In this document: piece after piece, positions 1 through 11,157 of the stretch
Position numbering within the stretch: the stretch's first letter is position 1
Layout of the letters: every line of letters begins with the position of its first letter
Assembly (NCBI GenBank): GCA_000146045.2
Contig: BK006945.2
Location: 640,001-704,000 of the forward strand
Length of the DNA stretch: 64,000 bases
Direction: 5' to 3'
DNA from: TPA_inf: Saccharomyces
Lineage: Eukaryota
Position numbers and translations under genes: made by a program
The notes under the pieces: generated by a model
What the model saw: only the letters and a program-made list of their open reading frames with translations
The model's database searches: none
Told to the model about the DNA's origin: nothing

Positions 1-316
1 TATTGTTTATTTTGGTAAAATATAGACGCAACTTCCTTATTATAAAGAAAGGCATTATTTAAAAGAAAAAGCGTTCCATTAGTCAGACATCTTTTTTTTT
101 CATACATTCTTAAGCTCAGGCAAATTGAGCATTGCCTCATACCCTTTTCGGTAAGAGGGTAACGAAAATATTTTTTTGGAAGAATAAAAATAGGTGACGG
201 ATCATAGACTAGGAAGCTTTAAAACATGATTGAGCGTAATATTATATTCCTTCTAGAAAAGATAAAAGAGCCAAGACCTAAAATTTTTTCATCCCTGTTC
301 TATTAAAATTGTGGAA

Positions 317-1021
317 ATGAGGTTTTTGAGGGGATTTGTATTTTCTTTGGCTTTCACTCTATATAAAGTAACTGCCACGGCAGAAATAGGATCTGAAATT
401 AATGTGGAAAATGAGGCACCACCTGATGGTTTATCCTGGGAGGAGTGGCATATGGACCATGAGCATCAGCTAAAAGATTACACTCCAGAGACTTTCTTCG
501 CGTTACATGATATCAAGAAGAAAGGATTTTTAGATGAAAACGATATTCTATCTCTCTACGGGTTGAACCGTGAAGAAATTGTGGGGGCTGGTGATGGTAT
601 GGGACAACACGATGAATCTGAGAAAATTGACAATGAAATGGCTAAGCGTGTTGTTAGCCTTATTATGAGGTTATTGGATGTTGATGATAATACCAAAATC
701 ACCAAGGAGGAATATCTACAATTTGCTAAGAGAGGAAACAAGTTCCCTGACCTTGGCGTTGGTGTAGGTCACCACTCCGATTTTGAGCTAGAATATGAAA
801 TTCATCACTGGAATAAGTTTCATAAGGACAAAGATCCAGACGTTAAAGTCGTTCACAAAGAAGACATAGAACATGAATTGCTTCATCATGAACATGAAAT
901 TGAACATGAAGAAGAAATTCAAAGAGGCGCTTCTAGAGCTACTGTAATAACTGATGACGAACTAGAGTCTAGAATAGAGCTGAAAAATATTCCCGAGAAA
1001 TTCAAAAATGGAATTTTTTAA
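317..1021 (+). CDS. SSP120: Ssp120, secretory-pathway EF-hand-like protein (234 aa; starts at the third codon of the 311..1021 ORF)
   Basis: Translation MRFLRGFVFSLAFTLYKVTATAEIG... has a signal-peptide-like N-terminus and a His/Glu-rich C-terminus. Length and sequence match yeast Ssp120 (YLR250W). Choosing the M at 317 gives 234 aa. Confidence 0.85.
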   Translation: MRFLRGFVFSLAFTLYKVTATAEIGSEINVENEAPPDGLSWEEWHMDHEHQLKDYTPETFFALHDIKKKGFLDENDILSLYGLNREEIVGAGDGMGQHDESEKIDNEMAKRVVSLIMRLLDVDDNTKITKEEYLQFAKRGNKFPDLGVGVGHHSDFELEYEIHHWNKFHKDKDPDVKVVHKEDIEHELLHHEHEIEHEEEIQRGASRATVITDDELESRIELKNIPEKFKNGIF

Positions 1022-1463
1022 TGGACTTGGTCAAGATGAATAGTTGAGACTGAGAAAATATTCAAGACACTATGTATGTAGTCAATTAGCATGTAGTAAG
1101 TAATCAAAGCACTTAAAATATATTTTTACCATCGCATCGTTGTGATGCCTCTCCTTTGTGATTAACTATCTACTTTAAACGTTCTATTTTCTATGTTCTA
1201 ATTACGTATGTATTGGTCTTTTCTCTCCGATGGTAACAAGAAGCGTTTCGGGAAACAGTGGCACCTCCTTGTCCCTTAAATGTCGAACTTTAACAGTATA
1301 AGTACAAAGTGAAAAAAAAAAAAAAATGGAAATATCTATGATAGTGATATGATAGAAGAGCTATTTGAATGCTATGTTGTCATATTTAGCCTTACAAAAG
1401 GGAAAAGGCAAACACAGTCTTTTGTTATTACTATAGGAAAGATAGAATTGATATTAAAACAGT

Positions 1464-2057
1464 ATGAAGTTATTGCATTTATATGAAGCGAGCTTGAAGA
1501 GAAGGCCCAAAACTACGAATGCGATAATGACAGGTGCGCTATTTGGAATTGGTGATGTTTCTGCTCAATTGTTGTTTCCAACATCCAAAGTAAACAAGGG
1601 TTATGATTATAAAAGGACAGCTAGGGCTGTCATCTATGGTTCTTTAATTTTCTCCTTTATAGGTGACAAGTGGTACAAGATCTTGAACAACAAGATTTAT
1701 ATGCGTAACAGACCTCAGTACCACTGGTCTAATATGGTTTTACGGGTAGCTGTCGATCAATTGGCGTTTGCGCCGCTAGGTTTGCCATTTTATTTCACCT
1801 GTATGTCCATCATGGAAGGTAGATCATTTGACGTAGCTAAGTTGAAAATAAAAGAGCAATGGTGGCCTACACTTTTGACTAATTGGGCAGTTTGGCCACT
1901 TTTCCAAGCGATTAACTTTTCTGTTGTTCCTTTACAACATAGGTTACTAGCTGTTAATGTCGTTGCAATATTTTGGAACACTTACTTATCTTATAAAAAC
2001 TCAAAGGTTATGGAGAAAGACAAGGTACCTGTTCATTATCCACCCGTGGTCGAATAA
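1464..2057 (+). CDS. SYM1: Sym1, mitochondrial inner-membrane Mpv17/PMP22-family protein (197 aa)
   Basis: [38 protein letters not shown]... is 197 aa with multiple predicted TM helices. It matches Sym1 (YLR251W). Confidence 0.9.
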
Positions 2058-2626
2058 CTGGATAAGAAATCCTGATTTTGAAAATATTTGGAATTCAACT
2101 AGCATATTTATCAGACCTTGTTCCTTGGGGTACTGGAACAGCATATACCTAATAGACTTTCGGCAGAGAGCAGACCAACTTCATAAATATTTGAGTCACC
2201 AAAGTTGGCTAGCAATCTGCTTTTCCTTTACAGATGTGCTTGGTCAGGAACAATTTATTTAATTACATTCGTACTTCTTTTATAGAGGAAATAGTAGCTA
2301 ACATTTCACTATTGCGGTCATGCCTGTTGTTCTTCAGCTACCGTTTATGCAAAGGTGTTTAATTAGGTGTGAGACTTAAGTGGGCCTTTTAGTACCACTG
2401 TGGGTTCTGGACCTTTATATAATATTTCATTTTTTCAAAGGTTTTTTCATATGCCGTTAAAAGAGGTCAAAACATAGACCCGAGGAACATATCTTGTAAA
2501 TCGCTGCGTTATGTATGCATATTGTACTCCTACCTTCGTAACTGGAAAGAATCAGTCTGAAAGTTTATTGAGCCTGAAACGGAGCAAGATTATAGTTGAA
2601 TGTTTCTTATTCGGTGTTGATAGTAG

Positions 2627-4336
2627 ATGATGACCAAAGCTTTTTTTAACAAACTACCGTTTGAGGTATTCCGTCGGTACGTTAGGACAGGTAAAAGCAT
2701 CCCTCAAAGAAGCCCCAGGACAAGAAAATCTCTTCTGGTGGGTGGGACTATTGCATCAGCAGTAGTTTTGTACAACTTTAATGACACTTTTCATGATTCT
2801 GTAAAGCACACGGCACTGACGACTAAAAGAATCGCTGTCGTCACACAAGCTACCACTCGTTGCTTCTACCATTACAAGAGGGCTCTAAATAAAAGCTATG
2901 AGAACAAAAAAGAACGAGAAGTTGCCTTAAATAAATGTCATAAGATGTGTGCCTTAATCACGTTGCATGCGCTACGATCGAATGGTGGGATATATATCAA
3001 ATTAGGCCAGCACATTGGGGCCATGACCTACCTGTTGCCTAAAGAATGGACGGATACAATGATACCGTTGCAAGACCACTGTCCCGAATCCACCTACGAA
3101 GAAATTGATGAGTTATTTAAAGAAGATCTAGGCACCAGCATTGAGGATATGTTTTTAGAATTCAACAAAACCCCGATAGGTGTAGCTTCCTTGGCACAGG
3201 TTCATGTGGCAAAACTAAAAAATAGTGACGGTAAAGGTTCTAGTGTAGCTGTCAAATGTCAGCATCCATCGTTGAAGGAGTTTATACCATTAGATGTTAT
3301 GCTGACAAGAACAGTGTTTGAACTGCTGGATGTCTTCTTCCCTGATTATCCGTTAACGTGGCTTGGTGATGAGCTTCAGTCTTCAATCTACGTGGAACTG
3401 AATTTTACCAAAGAAGCTGAAAATGCAGAAAAAACCCGTCATTATTTTAGTAAGTTCAAGAAGCAAACAGCATTGAAAATACCCAAGGTCATTGAAAGCC
3501 ACAAAAGAATTTTGATTATGGAATATGTTGGAGGCAAAAGGTTGGATGATTTGGAGTACATTGACAGTCACGGTATCTCGCGCAGTGAAGTTTCGAGTTG
3601 TCTCTCTCATATTTTCAATAACATGATTTTTACTCCCAATGTAGGTATTCATTGTGATCCTCATGGAGGAAATCTGGCCATACGATCTGTTAAGCCCGCT
3701 AAAGATAATGGATACCATAACTTTGAAATTGTTTTATTTGACCACGGACTCTATAGATATCCTAGCACGAGAACAAGAAGACTTTATGCCAAATTTTGGT
3801 TGTCGCTCCTATTCGACAAGGACCAGACAAAAATGAAGAAGTATGCCAAAGGATTCGCAAACATCACCGACGAACAGTTTCCCCTTTTAGCGGCTGCAAT
3901 TACGGGCCGTAGCATTGATGCTGCTTTGAATTACGACATTTCAACGAGTCGAACACAAGAAGAAATGGACGTCATGGCAAATGGGATCTTGGAAGGAACG
4001 TTACTGAGCGACTTGATGAGCATTTTGTCTAGAATCCCTCGTGTAGTGCTTTTGATATTGAAGACTAACGACCTAACCAGACATCTTGATGAATGTCTAC
4101 AGAATCCACTCGGGCCAGAGAGGACTTTCCTGATCATGACGCAATACTGCGCCAAGACGGTCTACGACGAAAAAGTGGAAAGAATTAATTCGGAGTATGC
4201 GAGGTGGTCTATTAAATGGATGTGGGAGAACTTGACAAACTGGATAGTCTATGAGAGGCGTATTAATCAATTGTATTTTTATGATTTTGTGTTGTGGTGG
4301 AAAAAATTTATTCCGAAGACTTGGTTGTCATCTTAA
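2627..4336 (+). CDS. MCP2: Mcp2, ABC1/ADCK-family atypical kinase of the mitochondrial inner membrane (569 aa)
   Basis: 569-aa ORF containing ABC1-kinase signatures (VAVKCQHP..., HCDPHGGNLAI, FDHGLY). Position and length match YLR253W. Confidence 0.85.
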   Translation: MMTKAFFNKLPFEVFRRYVRTGKSIPQRSPRTRKSLLVGGTIASAVVLYNFNDTFHDSVKHTALTTKRIAVVTQATTRCFYHYKRALNKSYENKKEREVALNKCHKMCALITLHALRSNGGIYIKLGQHIGAMTYLLPKEWTDTMIPLQDHCPESTYEEIDELFKEDLGTSIEDMFLEFNKTPIGVASLAQVHVAKLKNSDGKGSSVAVKCQHPSLKEFIPLDVMLTRTVFELLDVFFPDYPLTWLGDELQSSIYVELNFTKEAENAEKTRHYFSKFKKQTALKIPKVIESHKRILIMEYVGGKRLDDLEYIDSHGISRSEVSSCLSHIFNNMIFTPNVGIHCDPHGGNLAIRSVKPAKDNGYHNFEIVLFDHGLYRYPSTRTRRLYAKFWLSLLFDKDQTKMKKYAKGFANITDEQFPLLAAAITGRSIDAALNYDISTSRTQEEMDVMANGILEGTLLSDLMSILSRIPRVVLLILKTNDLTRHLDECLQNPLGPERTFLIMTQYCAKTVYDEKVERINSEYARWSIKWMWENLTNWIVYERRINQLYFYDFVLWWKKFIPKTWLSS

Positions 4337-4403
4337 ATCGTTAGCGTTCTTTCTACTTGTAAATATATACGTAAAATTATATATAACAATTTTATATGTG
4401 TCA

Positions 4404-4973
4404 TTAAACGGAAGACGTTGTTGCTATCACAGTGGATTGTGTTATTTGGGTATTTGGAATATTACAGTGACTTCTTGCAGCGTTGTTAGTTTTTGCCATG
4501 TTCTGCAAGTACAAGGTTGAAGATGTGGTCGAGACTTTGATAGTATCCTTAAACAACTTCATTTTTTTATTTTGACTGGGTAACGACCTGGTGTTCCTTC
4601 TAGTCTCACCGCTAGTGGCTTCTTCTTTGCTGACTCTTAACTTTTGCAGCGCCTCTTTGGTGTCGAGTAACTCGTGTTCCAGTAGAACGTTGCGTTCCAG
4701 TCGTCGGTCACTCTCCAATTGTAATGTCTCTATCTTATTCCTCAGTTGGATATTTTCATTTTCCAACTCATCTACCTGTATCTCTAAATCTGTTATCTGT
4801 TTCTTATTGCACTTATTTTGTTGTTGGCTCTCAAGAAGATCGCTTTTTAACTTTGATATTACTTGTTCCAAATCATTTTCATATTCTTTCGTGGCGCCTT
4901 CAAGCTCGCTCAACTGGGTCTCCAGTGAGGAGATTATCTGTATAGCTGTTTCCAAATCCAAATTCGGCACCAT
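4404..4973 (-). CDS. NDL1: Ndl1, NudE-like coiled-coil dynein regulator (189 aa)
   Basis: 189-aa minus-strand ORF, heptad/coiled-coil rich (LETQLSELEGATKEYENDLEQVISKLKSDLLES...). It matches YLR254C. Confidence 0.85.
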   Translation of the reverse strand: MVPNLDLETAIQIISSLETQLSELEGATKEYENDLEQVISKLKSDLLESQQQNKCNKKQITDLEIQVDELENENIQLRNKIETLQLESDRRLERNVLLEHELLDTKEALQKLRVSKEEATSGETRRNTRSLPSQNKKMKLFKDTIKVSTTSSTLYLQNMAKTNNAARSHCNIPNTQITQSTVIATTSSV

Positions 4974-6414
4974 AGGAAAGTCGCAATTGTTGCACGTATA
5001 TGTCCCTTGGATATTCCAATTAAATTTGCGAGGATTGTTCTTTCGGCCGTTCGTGGTTTGTTGTAGCCCTTATTATCCCTCTTTTTCATCCTTAATTGCA
5101 AATTTATGTATGAAAACTTTCATTTCTAATGTTATTAATTTTCCCGATTCTGCAAACTAATTGATAAAATAATTGATACTTGCCGTCACAGATGATATAG
5201 AGAACGTTCAGTTTTTTTATTGTTCTATTGTAAAAAAAAAAAAAAAAGGAAGAAAAAAGCAAGATCCGATAGGAGAAGACCTCTTTAGCGGCTTTACTGC
5301 GCTACAAATAAGGTTACGAATATGCGGAATAGTTCATGATACGTTGTTGAGTTATAGTATGTAGCCAATATTTCCTGTTTTTCCGCTGTTACCCTTTTCG
5401 AAGGATCGATGAACGCTTCTGTCACTTAGTAAGCAAATGTACGAAACCCAGAGCATTGTATGTACACCAGCAGTCGTTTTTTGTAGCTCTTTTCCATGGA
5501 TGGACGATGATGGCAAGACGCGATCGTGGCGGAGCCTCACTAAGAAAAACAATTGTGGAGAATCTATACACACAGAAATCGTACTTCAAGAAATATTGAT
5601 TAGCGAGCCTTTAAGCACAGAACAATCTCTATAGCCAACATCTTGTGGAAGCTACAACTGTTTTTCTTGTTCCCGCTTGAGTAGGGCCTTACAAGGCAAG
5701 ACCGTATAAAATAAAGATAACTCCTCCGCCGTATCCTGAATTTCGTGTGCCCTTTCTCTCTCTCTCTCTTCCTCTTTCTTCCTTTCCCTTTCCCTCTTCT
5801 TCTTATCTCAACAACCGCCCAGCGCATTAGCAAACCACAGTACGAGCTGTACGGCTGAGCCACTGCACCTGTCTGGCTTGCCCCTTTTTGTTGAGTAACC
5901 GGGTAATAATTCGGCTGTCTAAACGATACAATCCTCGTTCCACCCACACCCATTCACCCGTCGGGCGAAATCCACCCTCGCGGCCTCGTTTAGAATACCA
6001 GGCAACGGCACCAGCAACGGCCCCGGTAACTCGATCGCGTTCATATATATCGGATATACTCTTGAGGCACAATTTTTTTCGGTTTTCGGTTTTTTCTATT
6101 ATTCTTCGAGATGCAAAGCACACATTTGAGACTCACAACTCAAGATACCGCAAGCACACAGACGCTATTGTTCTCCCAAAGAATAGGTTCCTGCAGTGCT
6201 CTTTTAAGGTTTGAAGATATTGCACAAAATTGTATCTGATTTCATCTCATCGAACCTCATTCCATCAACTTCCTTTTATCAAAGCATCTTGTTTTGTTTT
6301 CGCAGAAAATTTTTCTTCCCTTTCAATTTGGCCTTTTAGTTTTTCTCCAGTCGCAGGCAAGAAGGTAAGGAAATAGAAGAAAAAGAAAAAAAAAAAAAGG
6401 GAACAATAGGTTAG

Positions 6415-9400
6415 ATGTCGAATACCCCTTATAATTCATCTGTGCCTTCCATTGCATCCATGACCCAGTCTTCGGTCTCAAGAAGTCCTAACATGCATAC
6501 AGCAACTACGCCCGGTGCCAACACCAGCTCTAACTCTCCACCCTTGCACATGTCTTCAGATTCGTCCAAGATCAAGAGGAAGCGTAACAGAATTCCGCTC
6601 AGTTGCACCATTTGTCGGAAAAGGAAAGTCAAATGTGACAAACTCAGACCACACTGCCAGCAGTGCACTAAAACTGGGGTAGCCCATCTCTGCCACTACA
6701 TGGAACAGACCTGGGCAGAAGAGGCAGAGAAAGAATTGCTGAAGGACAACGAATTAAAGAAGCTTAGGGAGCGCGTAAAATCTTTAGAAAAGACTCTTTC
6801 TAAGGTGCACTCTTCTCCTTCGTCTAACTCCTTGAAAAGTTACAACACTCCCGAGAGCAGCAACCTGTTTATGGGTAGCGATGAACACACCACCCTTGTT
6901 AATGCAAATACAGGCTCTGCTTCCTCTGCCTCGCATATGCATCAGCAACAACAGCAACAGCAGCAACAGGAACAACAACAAGACTTTTCCAGAAGTGCGA
7001 ACGCCAACGCGAATTCCTCGTCCCTTTCTATCTCAAATAAATATGACAACGATGAGCTGGACTTAACTAAGGACTTTGATCTTTTGCATATCAAAAGTAA
7101 CGGAACCATCCACTTAGGTGCCACCCACTGGTTGTCTATCATGAAAGGTGACCCGTACCTAAAACTTTTGTGGGGTCATATCTTCGCTATGAGGGAAAAG
7201 TTAAATGAATGGTACTACCAAAAAAATTCGTACTCTAAGCTGAAGTCAAGCAAATGTCCCATCAATCACGCGCAAGCGCCGCCTTCTGCCGCTGCCGCCG
7301 CTACCAGAAAATGTCCTGTTGATCACTCCGCGTTTTCGTCTGGCATGGTGGCCCCAAAGGAGGAGACTCCTCTTCCTAGGAAATGTCCAGTTGACCACAC
7401 CATGTTCTCTTCGGGAATGATTCCTCCCAGAGAGGACACTTCGTCCCAGAAGAGGTGTCCCGTTGACCACACCATGTATTCCGCAGGAATGATGCCGCCC
7501 AAGGACGAGACACCTTCCCCATTTTCCACTAAAGCTATGATAGACCATAACAAGCATACAATGAATCCGCCTCAGTCAAAATGTCCTGTGGACCATAGAA
7601 ACTATATGAAGGATTATCCCTCTGACATGGCAAATTCTTCTTCGAACCCGGCAAGTCGTTGCCCCATTGACCATTCAAGCATGAAAAATACAGCGGCCTT
7701 ACCAGCTTCAACGCACAATACCATCCCACACCACCAACCACAGTCCGGATCTCATGCTCGTTCGCATCCCGCACAAAGCAGGAAACATGATTCCTACATG
7801 ACAGAATCTGAAGTCCTCGCAACACTTTGTGAGATGTTGCCACCAAAGCGCGTCATCGCATTATTCATCGAGAAATTCTTCAAACATTTATACCCTGCCA
7901 TTCCAATCTTAGATGAACAGAATTTCAAAAATCACGTGAATCAAATGCTTTCGTTGTCTTCGATGAATCCCACAGTTAACAACTTTGGTATGAGCATGCC
8001 ATCTTCATCTACACTAGAGAACCAACCCATAACACAAATCAATCTTCCAAAACTTTCCGATTCTTGTAACTTAGGTATTCTGATAATAATCTTGAGATTG
8101 ACATGGCTATCCATACCTTCTAATTCCTGCGAAGTCGACCTGGGAGAAGAAAGTGGCTCATTTTTAGTGCCCAACGAATCTAGCAATATGTCTGCATCTG
8201 CATTGACCTCGATGGCTAAAGAAGAATCACTTCTGCTAAAGCATGAGACACCGGTCGAGGCACTGGAGCTATGTCAAAAATACTTGATTAAATTCGATGA
8301 ACTTTCTAGTATTTCCAATAACAACGTTAATTTAACCACGGTGCAGTTTGCCATTTTTTACAACTTCTATATGAAAAGTGCCTCTAATGATTTGACTACC
8401 TTGACAAATACCAACAACACTGGCATGGCCAATCCTGGTCACGATTCCGAGTCTCACCAGATCCTATTGTCCAATATTACTCAAATGGCCTTTAGTTGTG
8501 GGTTACACAGAGACCCTGATAATTTTCCTCAATTAAACGCTACCATTCCAGCAACCAGCCAGGACGTGTCTAACAACGGGAGCAAAAAGGCAAACCCTAG
8601 CACCAATCCAACTTTGAATAACAACATGTCTGCTGCCACTACCAACAGCAGTAGCAGATCTGGCAGTGCTGATTCAAGAAGTGGTTCTAACCCTGTGAAC
8701 AAGAAGGAAAATCAGGTTAGTATCGAAAGATTTAAACACACTTGGAGGAAAATTTGGTATTACATTGTTAGCATGGATGTTAACCAATCTCTTTCCCTGG
8801 GGAGCCCTCGACTACTAAGAAATCTGAGGGATTTCAGCGATACAAAGCTACCAAGTGCGTCAAGGATTGATTATGTTCGCGATATCAAAGAGTTAATCAT
8901 TGTGAAGAATTTTACTCTTTTTTTCCAAATTGATTTGTGTATTATTGCTGTATTAAATCACATTTTGAATGTTTCTTTAGCAAGAAGCGTGAGAAAATTT
9001 GAACTGGATTCATTGATTAATTTATTGAAAAATCTGACCTATGGTACTGAGAATGTCAATGATGTAGTGAGCTCCTTGATCAACAAAGGGTTATTACCAA
9101 CTTCGGAAGGTGGTTCTGTAGATTCAAATAATGATGAAATTTACGGTCTACCGAAACTACCCGATATTCTAAACCATGGTCAACATAACCAAAACTTGTA
9201 TGCTGATGGAAGAAATACTTCTAGTAGTGATATAGATAAGAAATTGGACCTTCCTCACGAATCTACAACGAGAGCTCTATTCTTTTCCAAGCATATGACA
9301 ATTAGAATGTTGCTGTACTTATTGAACTACATTTTGTTTACTCATTATGAACCAATGGGCAGTGAAGATCCTGGTACTAATATCCTAGCTAAGGAGTACG

Positions 9401-10923
9401 CTCAAGAGGCATTAAATTTTGCCATGGATGGCTACAGAAACTGCATGATTTTCTTCAACAATATCAGAAACACCAATTCACTATTCGATTACATGAATGT
9501 TATCTTGTCTTACCCTTGTTTGGACATTGGACATCGTTCTTTACAATTTATCGTTTGTTTGATCCTGAGAGCTAAATGTGGCCCATTGACTGGTATGCGT
9601 GAATCATCGATCATTACTAATGGTACATCAAGTGGATTTAATAGTTCGGTAGAAGATGAGGACGTCAAAGTTAAACAAGAATCTTCTGATGAATTGAAAA
9701 AAGACGATTTCATGAAAGATGTAAATTTGGATTCAGGCGATTCATTAGCAGAGATTCTAATGTCAAGAATGCTGCTATTTCAAAAACTAACAAAACAACT
9801 ATCAAAGAAGTACAACTACGCTATTCGTATGAACAAATCCACTGGATTCTTTGTCTCTTTACTAGATACACCTTCAAAGAAATCAGACTCGAAATCGGGT
9901 GGTAGTTCATTCATGTTGGGTAATTGGAAACATCCAAAGGTTTCAAACATGAGCGGATTTCTTGCTGGTGACAAAGACCAATTACAGAAATGCCCCGTGT
10001 ACCAAGATGCGCTGGGGTTTGTTAGTCCAACCGGTGCTAATGAAGGTTCTGCTCCGATGCAAGGCATGTCCTTACAGGGCTCTACTGCTAGGATGGGAGG
10101 GACCCAGTTGCCACCAATTAGATCATACAAACCTATCACGTACACAAGTAGTAATCTACGTCGTATGAATGAAACGGGTGAGGCAGAAGCTAAGAGAAGA
10201 AGATTTAATGATGGCTATATTGATAATAATAGTAACAACGATATACCTAGAGGAATCAGCCCAAAACCTTCAAATGGGCTATCATCGGTGCAGCCACTAT
10301 TATCGTCATTTTCCATGAACCAGCTAAACGGGGGTACCATTCCAACGGTTCCATCGTTAACCAACATTACTTCACAAATGGGAGCTTTACCATCTTTAGA
10401 TAGGATCACCACTAATCAAATAAATTTGCCAGACCCATCTAGAGATGAAGCATTTGACAACTCCATCAAGCAAATGACGCCTATGACAAGTGCATTCATG
10501 AATGCTAATACTACAATTCCAAGTTCAACTTTAAACGGGAATATGAACATGAATGGAGCTGGAACTGCGAATACAGATACAAGTGCCAACGGCAGTGCTT
10601 TATCGACACTGACAAGCCCACAAGGCTCAGACTTAGCATCCAATTCTGCTACACAGTATAAACCTGACTTAGAAGACTTTTTGATGCAAAATTCTAACTT
10701 TAATGGGCTAATGATAAATCCTTCCAGTCTGGTAGAAGTTGTTGGTGGATACAACGATCCTAATAACCTTGGAAGAAATGACGCGGTTGATTTTCTACCC
10801 GTTGATAATGTTGAAATTGATGGTGTTGGAATAAAAATCAACTATCATCTACTAACTAGTATTTACGTTACTAGTATATTATCATATACGGTGTTAGAAG
10901 ATGACGCAAATGATGAGAAATAG
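6415..10923 (+). CDS. HAP1: Hap1 heme-activated Zn2Cys6 transcription factor in its Ty1-disrupted S288C-type form; the last 32 codons are read from the Ty1 5' LTR
   Basis: The N-terminus carries the Zn2Cys6 cluster CTICRKRKVKCDKLRPHCQQCTK. It also has a polyQ tract and seven KCPVDH-type heme-regulatory motifs. The ORF runs into TGTTGGAATA... (LTR) at 10824 and stops at 10921-10923 inside the LTR (...VGIKINYHLLTSIYVTSILSYTVLEDDANDEK), giving 1502 aa. Confidence 0.95.
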   Translation: MSNTPYNSSVPSIASMTQSSVSRSPNMHTATTPGANTSSNSPPLHMSSDSSKIKRKRNRIPLSCTICRKRKVKCDKLRPHCQQCTKTGVAHLCHYMEQTWAEEAEKELLKDNELKKLRERVKSLEKTLSKVHSSPSSNSLKSYNTPESSNLFMGSDEHTTLVNANTGSASSASHMHQQQQQQQQQEQQQDFSRSANANANSSSLSISNKYDNDELDLTKDFDLLHIKSNGTIHLGATHWLSIMKGDPYLKLLWGHIFAMREKLNEWYYQKNSYSKLKSSKCPINHAQAPPSAAAAATRKCPVDHSAFSSGMVAPKEETPLPRKCPVDHTMFSSGMIPPREDTSSQKRCPVDHTMYSAGMMPPKDETPSPFSTKAMIDHNKHTMNPPQSKCPVDHRNYMKDYPSDMANSSSNPASRCPIDHSSMKNTAALPASTHNTIPHHQPQSGSHARSHPAQSRKHDSYMTESEVLATLCEMLPPKRVIALFIEKFFKHLYPAIPILDEQNFKNHVNQMLSLSSMNPTVNNFGMSMPSSSTLENQPITQINLPKLSDSCNLGILIIILRLTWLSIPSNSCEVDLGEESGSFLVPNESSNMSASALTSMAKEESLLLKHETPVEALELCQKYLIKFDELSSISNNNVNLTTVQFAIFYNFYMKSASNDLTTLTNTNNTGMANPGHDSESHQILLSNITQMAFSCGLHRDPDNFPQLNATIPATSQDVSNNGSKKANPSTNPTLNNNMSAATTNSSSRSGSADSRSGSNPVNKKENQVSIERFKHTWRKIWYYIVSMDVNQSLSLGSPRLLRNLRDFSDTKLPSASRIDYVRDIKELIIVKNFTLFFQIDLCIIAVLNHILNVSLARSVRKFELDSLINLLKNLTYGTENVNDVVSSLINKGLLPTSEGGSVDSNNDEIYGLPKLPDILNHGQHNQNLYADGRNTSSSDIDKKLDLPHESTTRALFFSKHMTIRMLLYLLNYILFTHYEPMGSEDPGTNILAKEYAQEALNFAMDGYRNCMIFFNNIRNTNSLFDYMNVILSYPCLDIGHRSLQFIVCLILRAKCGPLTGMRESSIITNGTSSGFNSSVEDEDVKVKQESSDELKKDDFMKDVNLDSGDSLAEILMSRMLLFQKLTKQLSKKYNYAIRMNKSTGFFVSLLDTPSKKSDSKSGGSSFMLGNWKHPKVSNMSGFLAGDKDQLQKCPVYQDALGFVSPTGANEGSAPMQGMSLQGSTARMGGTQLPPIRSYKPITYTSSNLRRMNETGEAEAKRRRFNDGYIDNNSNNDIPRGISPKPSNGLSSVQPLLSSFSMNQLNGGTIPTVPSLTNITSQMGALPSLDRITTNQINLPDPSRDEAFDNSIKQMTPMTSAFMNANTTIPSSTLNGNMNMNGAGTANTDTSANGSALSTLTSPQGSDLASNSATQYKPDLEDFLMQNSNFNGLMINPSSLVEVVGGYNDPNNLGRNDAVDFLPVDNVEIDGVGIKINYHLLTSIYVTSILSYTVLEDDANDEK

Positions 10924-11157
10924 TCATCTAAATTAGTGGAAGCTGAAACGCAAGGATTGATAATGTAATAGGATCAATGAATATTAACATATAAAACGAT
11001 GATAATAATATTTATAGAATTGTGTAGAATTGCAGATTCCCTTTTATGGATTCCTAAATCCTCGAGGAGAACTTCTAGTATATTCTGTATACCTAATATT
11101 ATAGCCTTTATCAACAATGGAATCCCAACAATTATCTCAACACCCACACATTTCTCA
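10824..11157 (+). repeat. Ty1 5' LTR (delta), 334 bp
   Basis: Starts TGTTGGAATAAAAATCAACTATCATCTACTAACTAG and ends ...CATTTCTCA. It is almost identical to the 3' LTR, differing at about 4 positions, all within the last 25 bp. Confidence 0.95.

Noticed and set aside
1957-2262. 101-aa plus-strand ORF overlapping the 3' end of SYM1 (corresponds to dubious YLR252W)
   Set aside because: It overlaps a well-supported gene in another frame. It has no domain, and its composition is typical of a spurious ORF.
4591-5160. 189-aa plus-strand ORF antisense to NDL1
   Set aside because: It is a mirror ORF created by the codon bias of the coiled-coil gene on the other strand. It is Ser/Leu-rich nonsense.
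5600-5953. 117-aa minus-strand ORF (dubious YLR255C) in the HAP1 upstream region
   Set aside because: It lies over a pyrimidine/(CT)n-rich promoter tract (5741-5800). It is Arg/Gly-rich low complexity that derives from simple sequence. It is probably not a protein.
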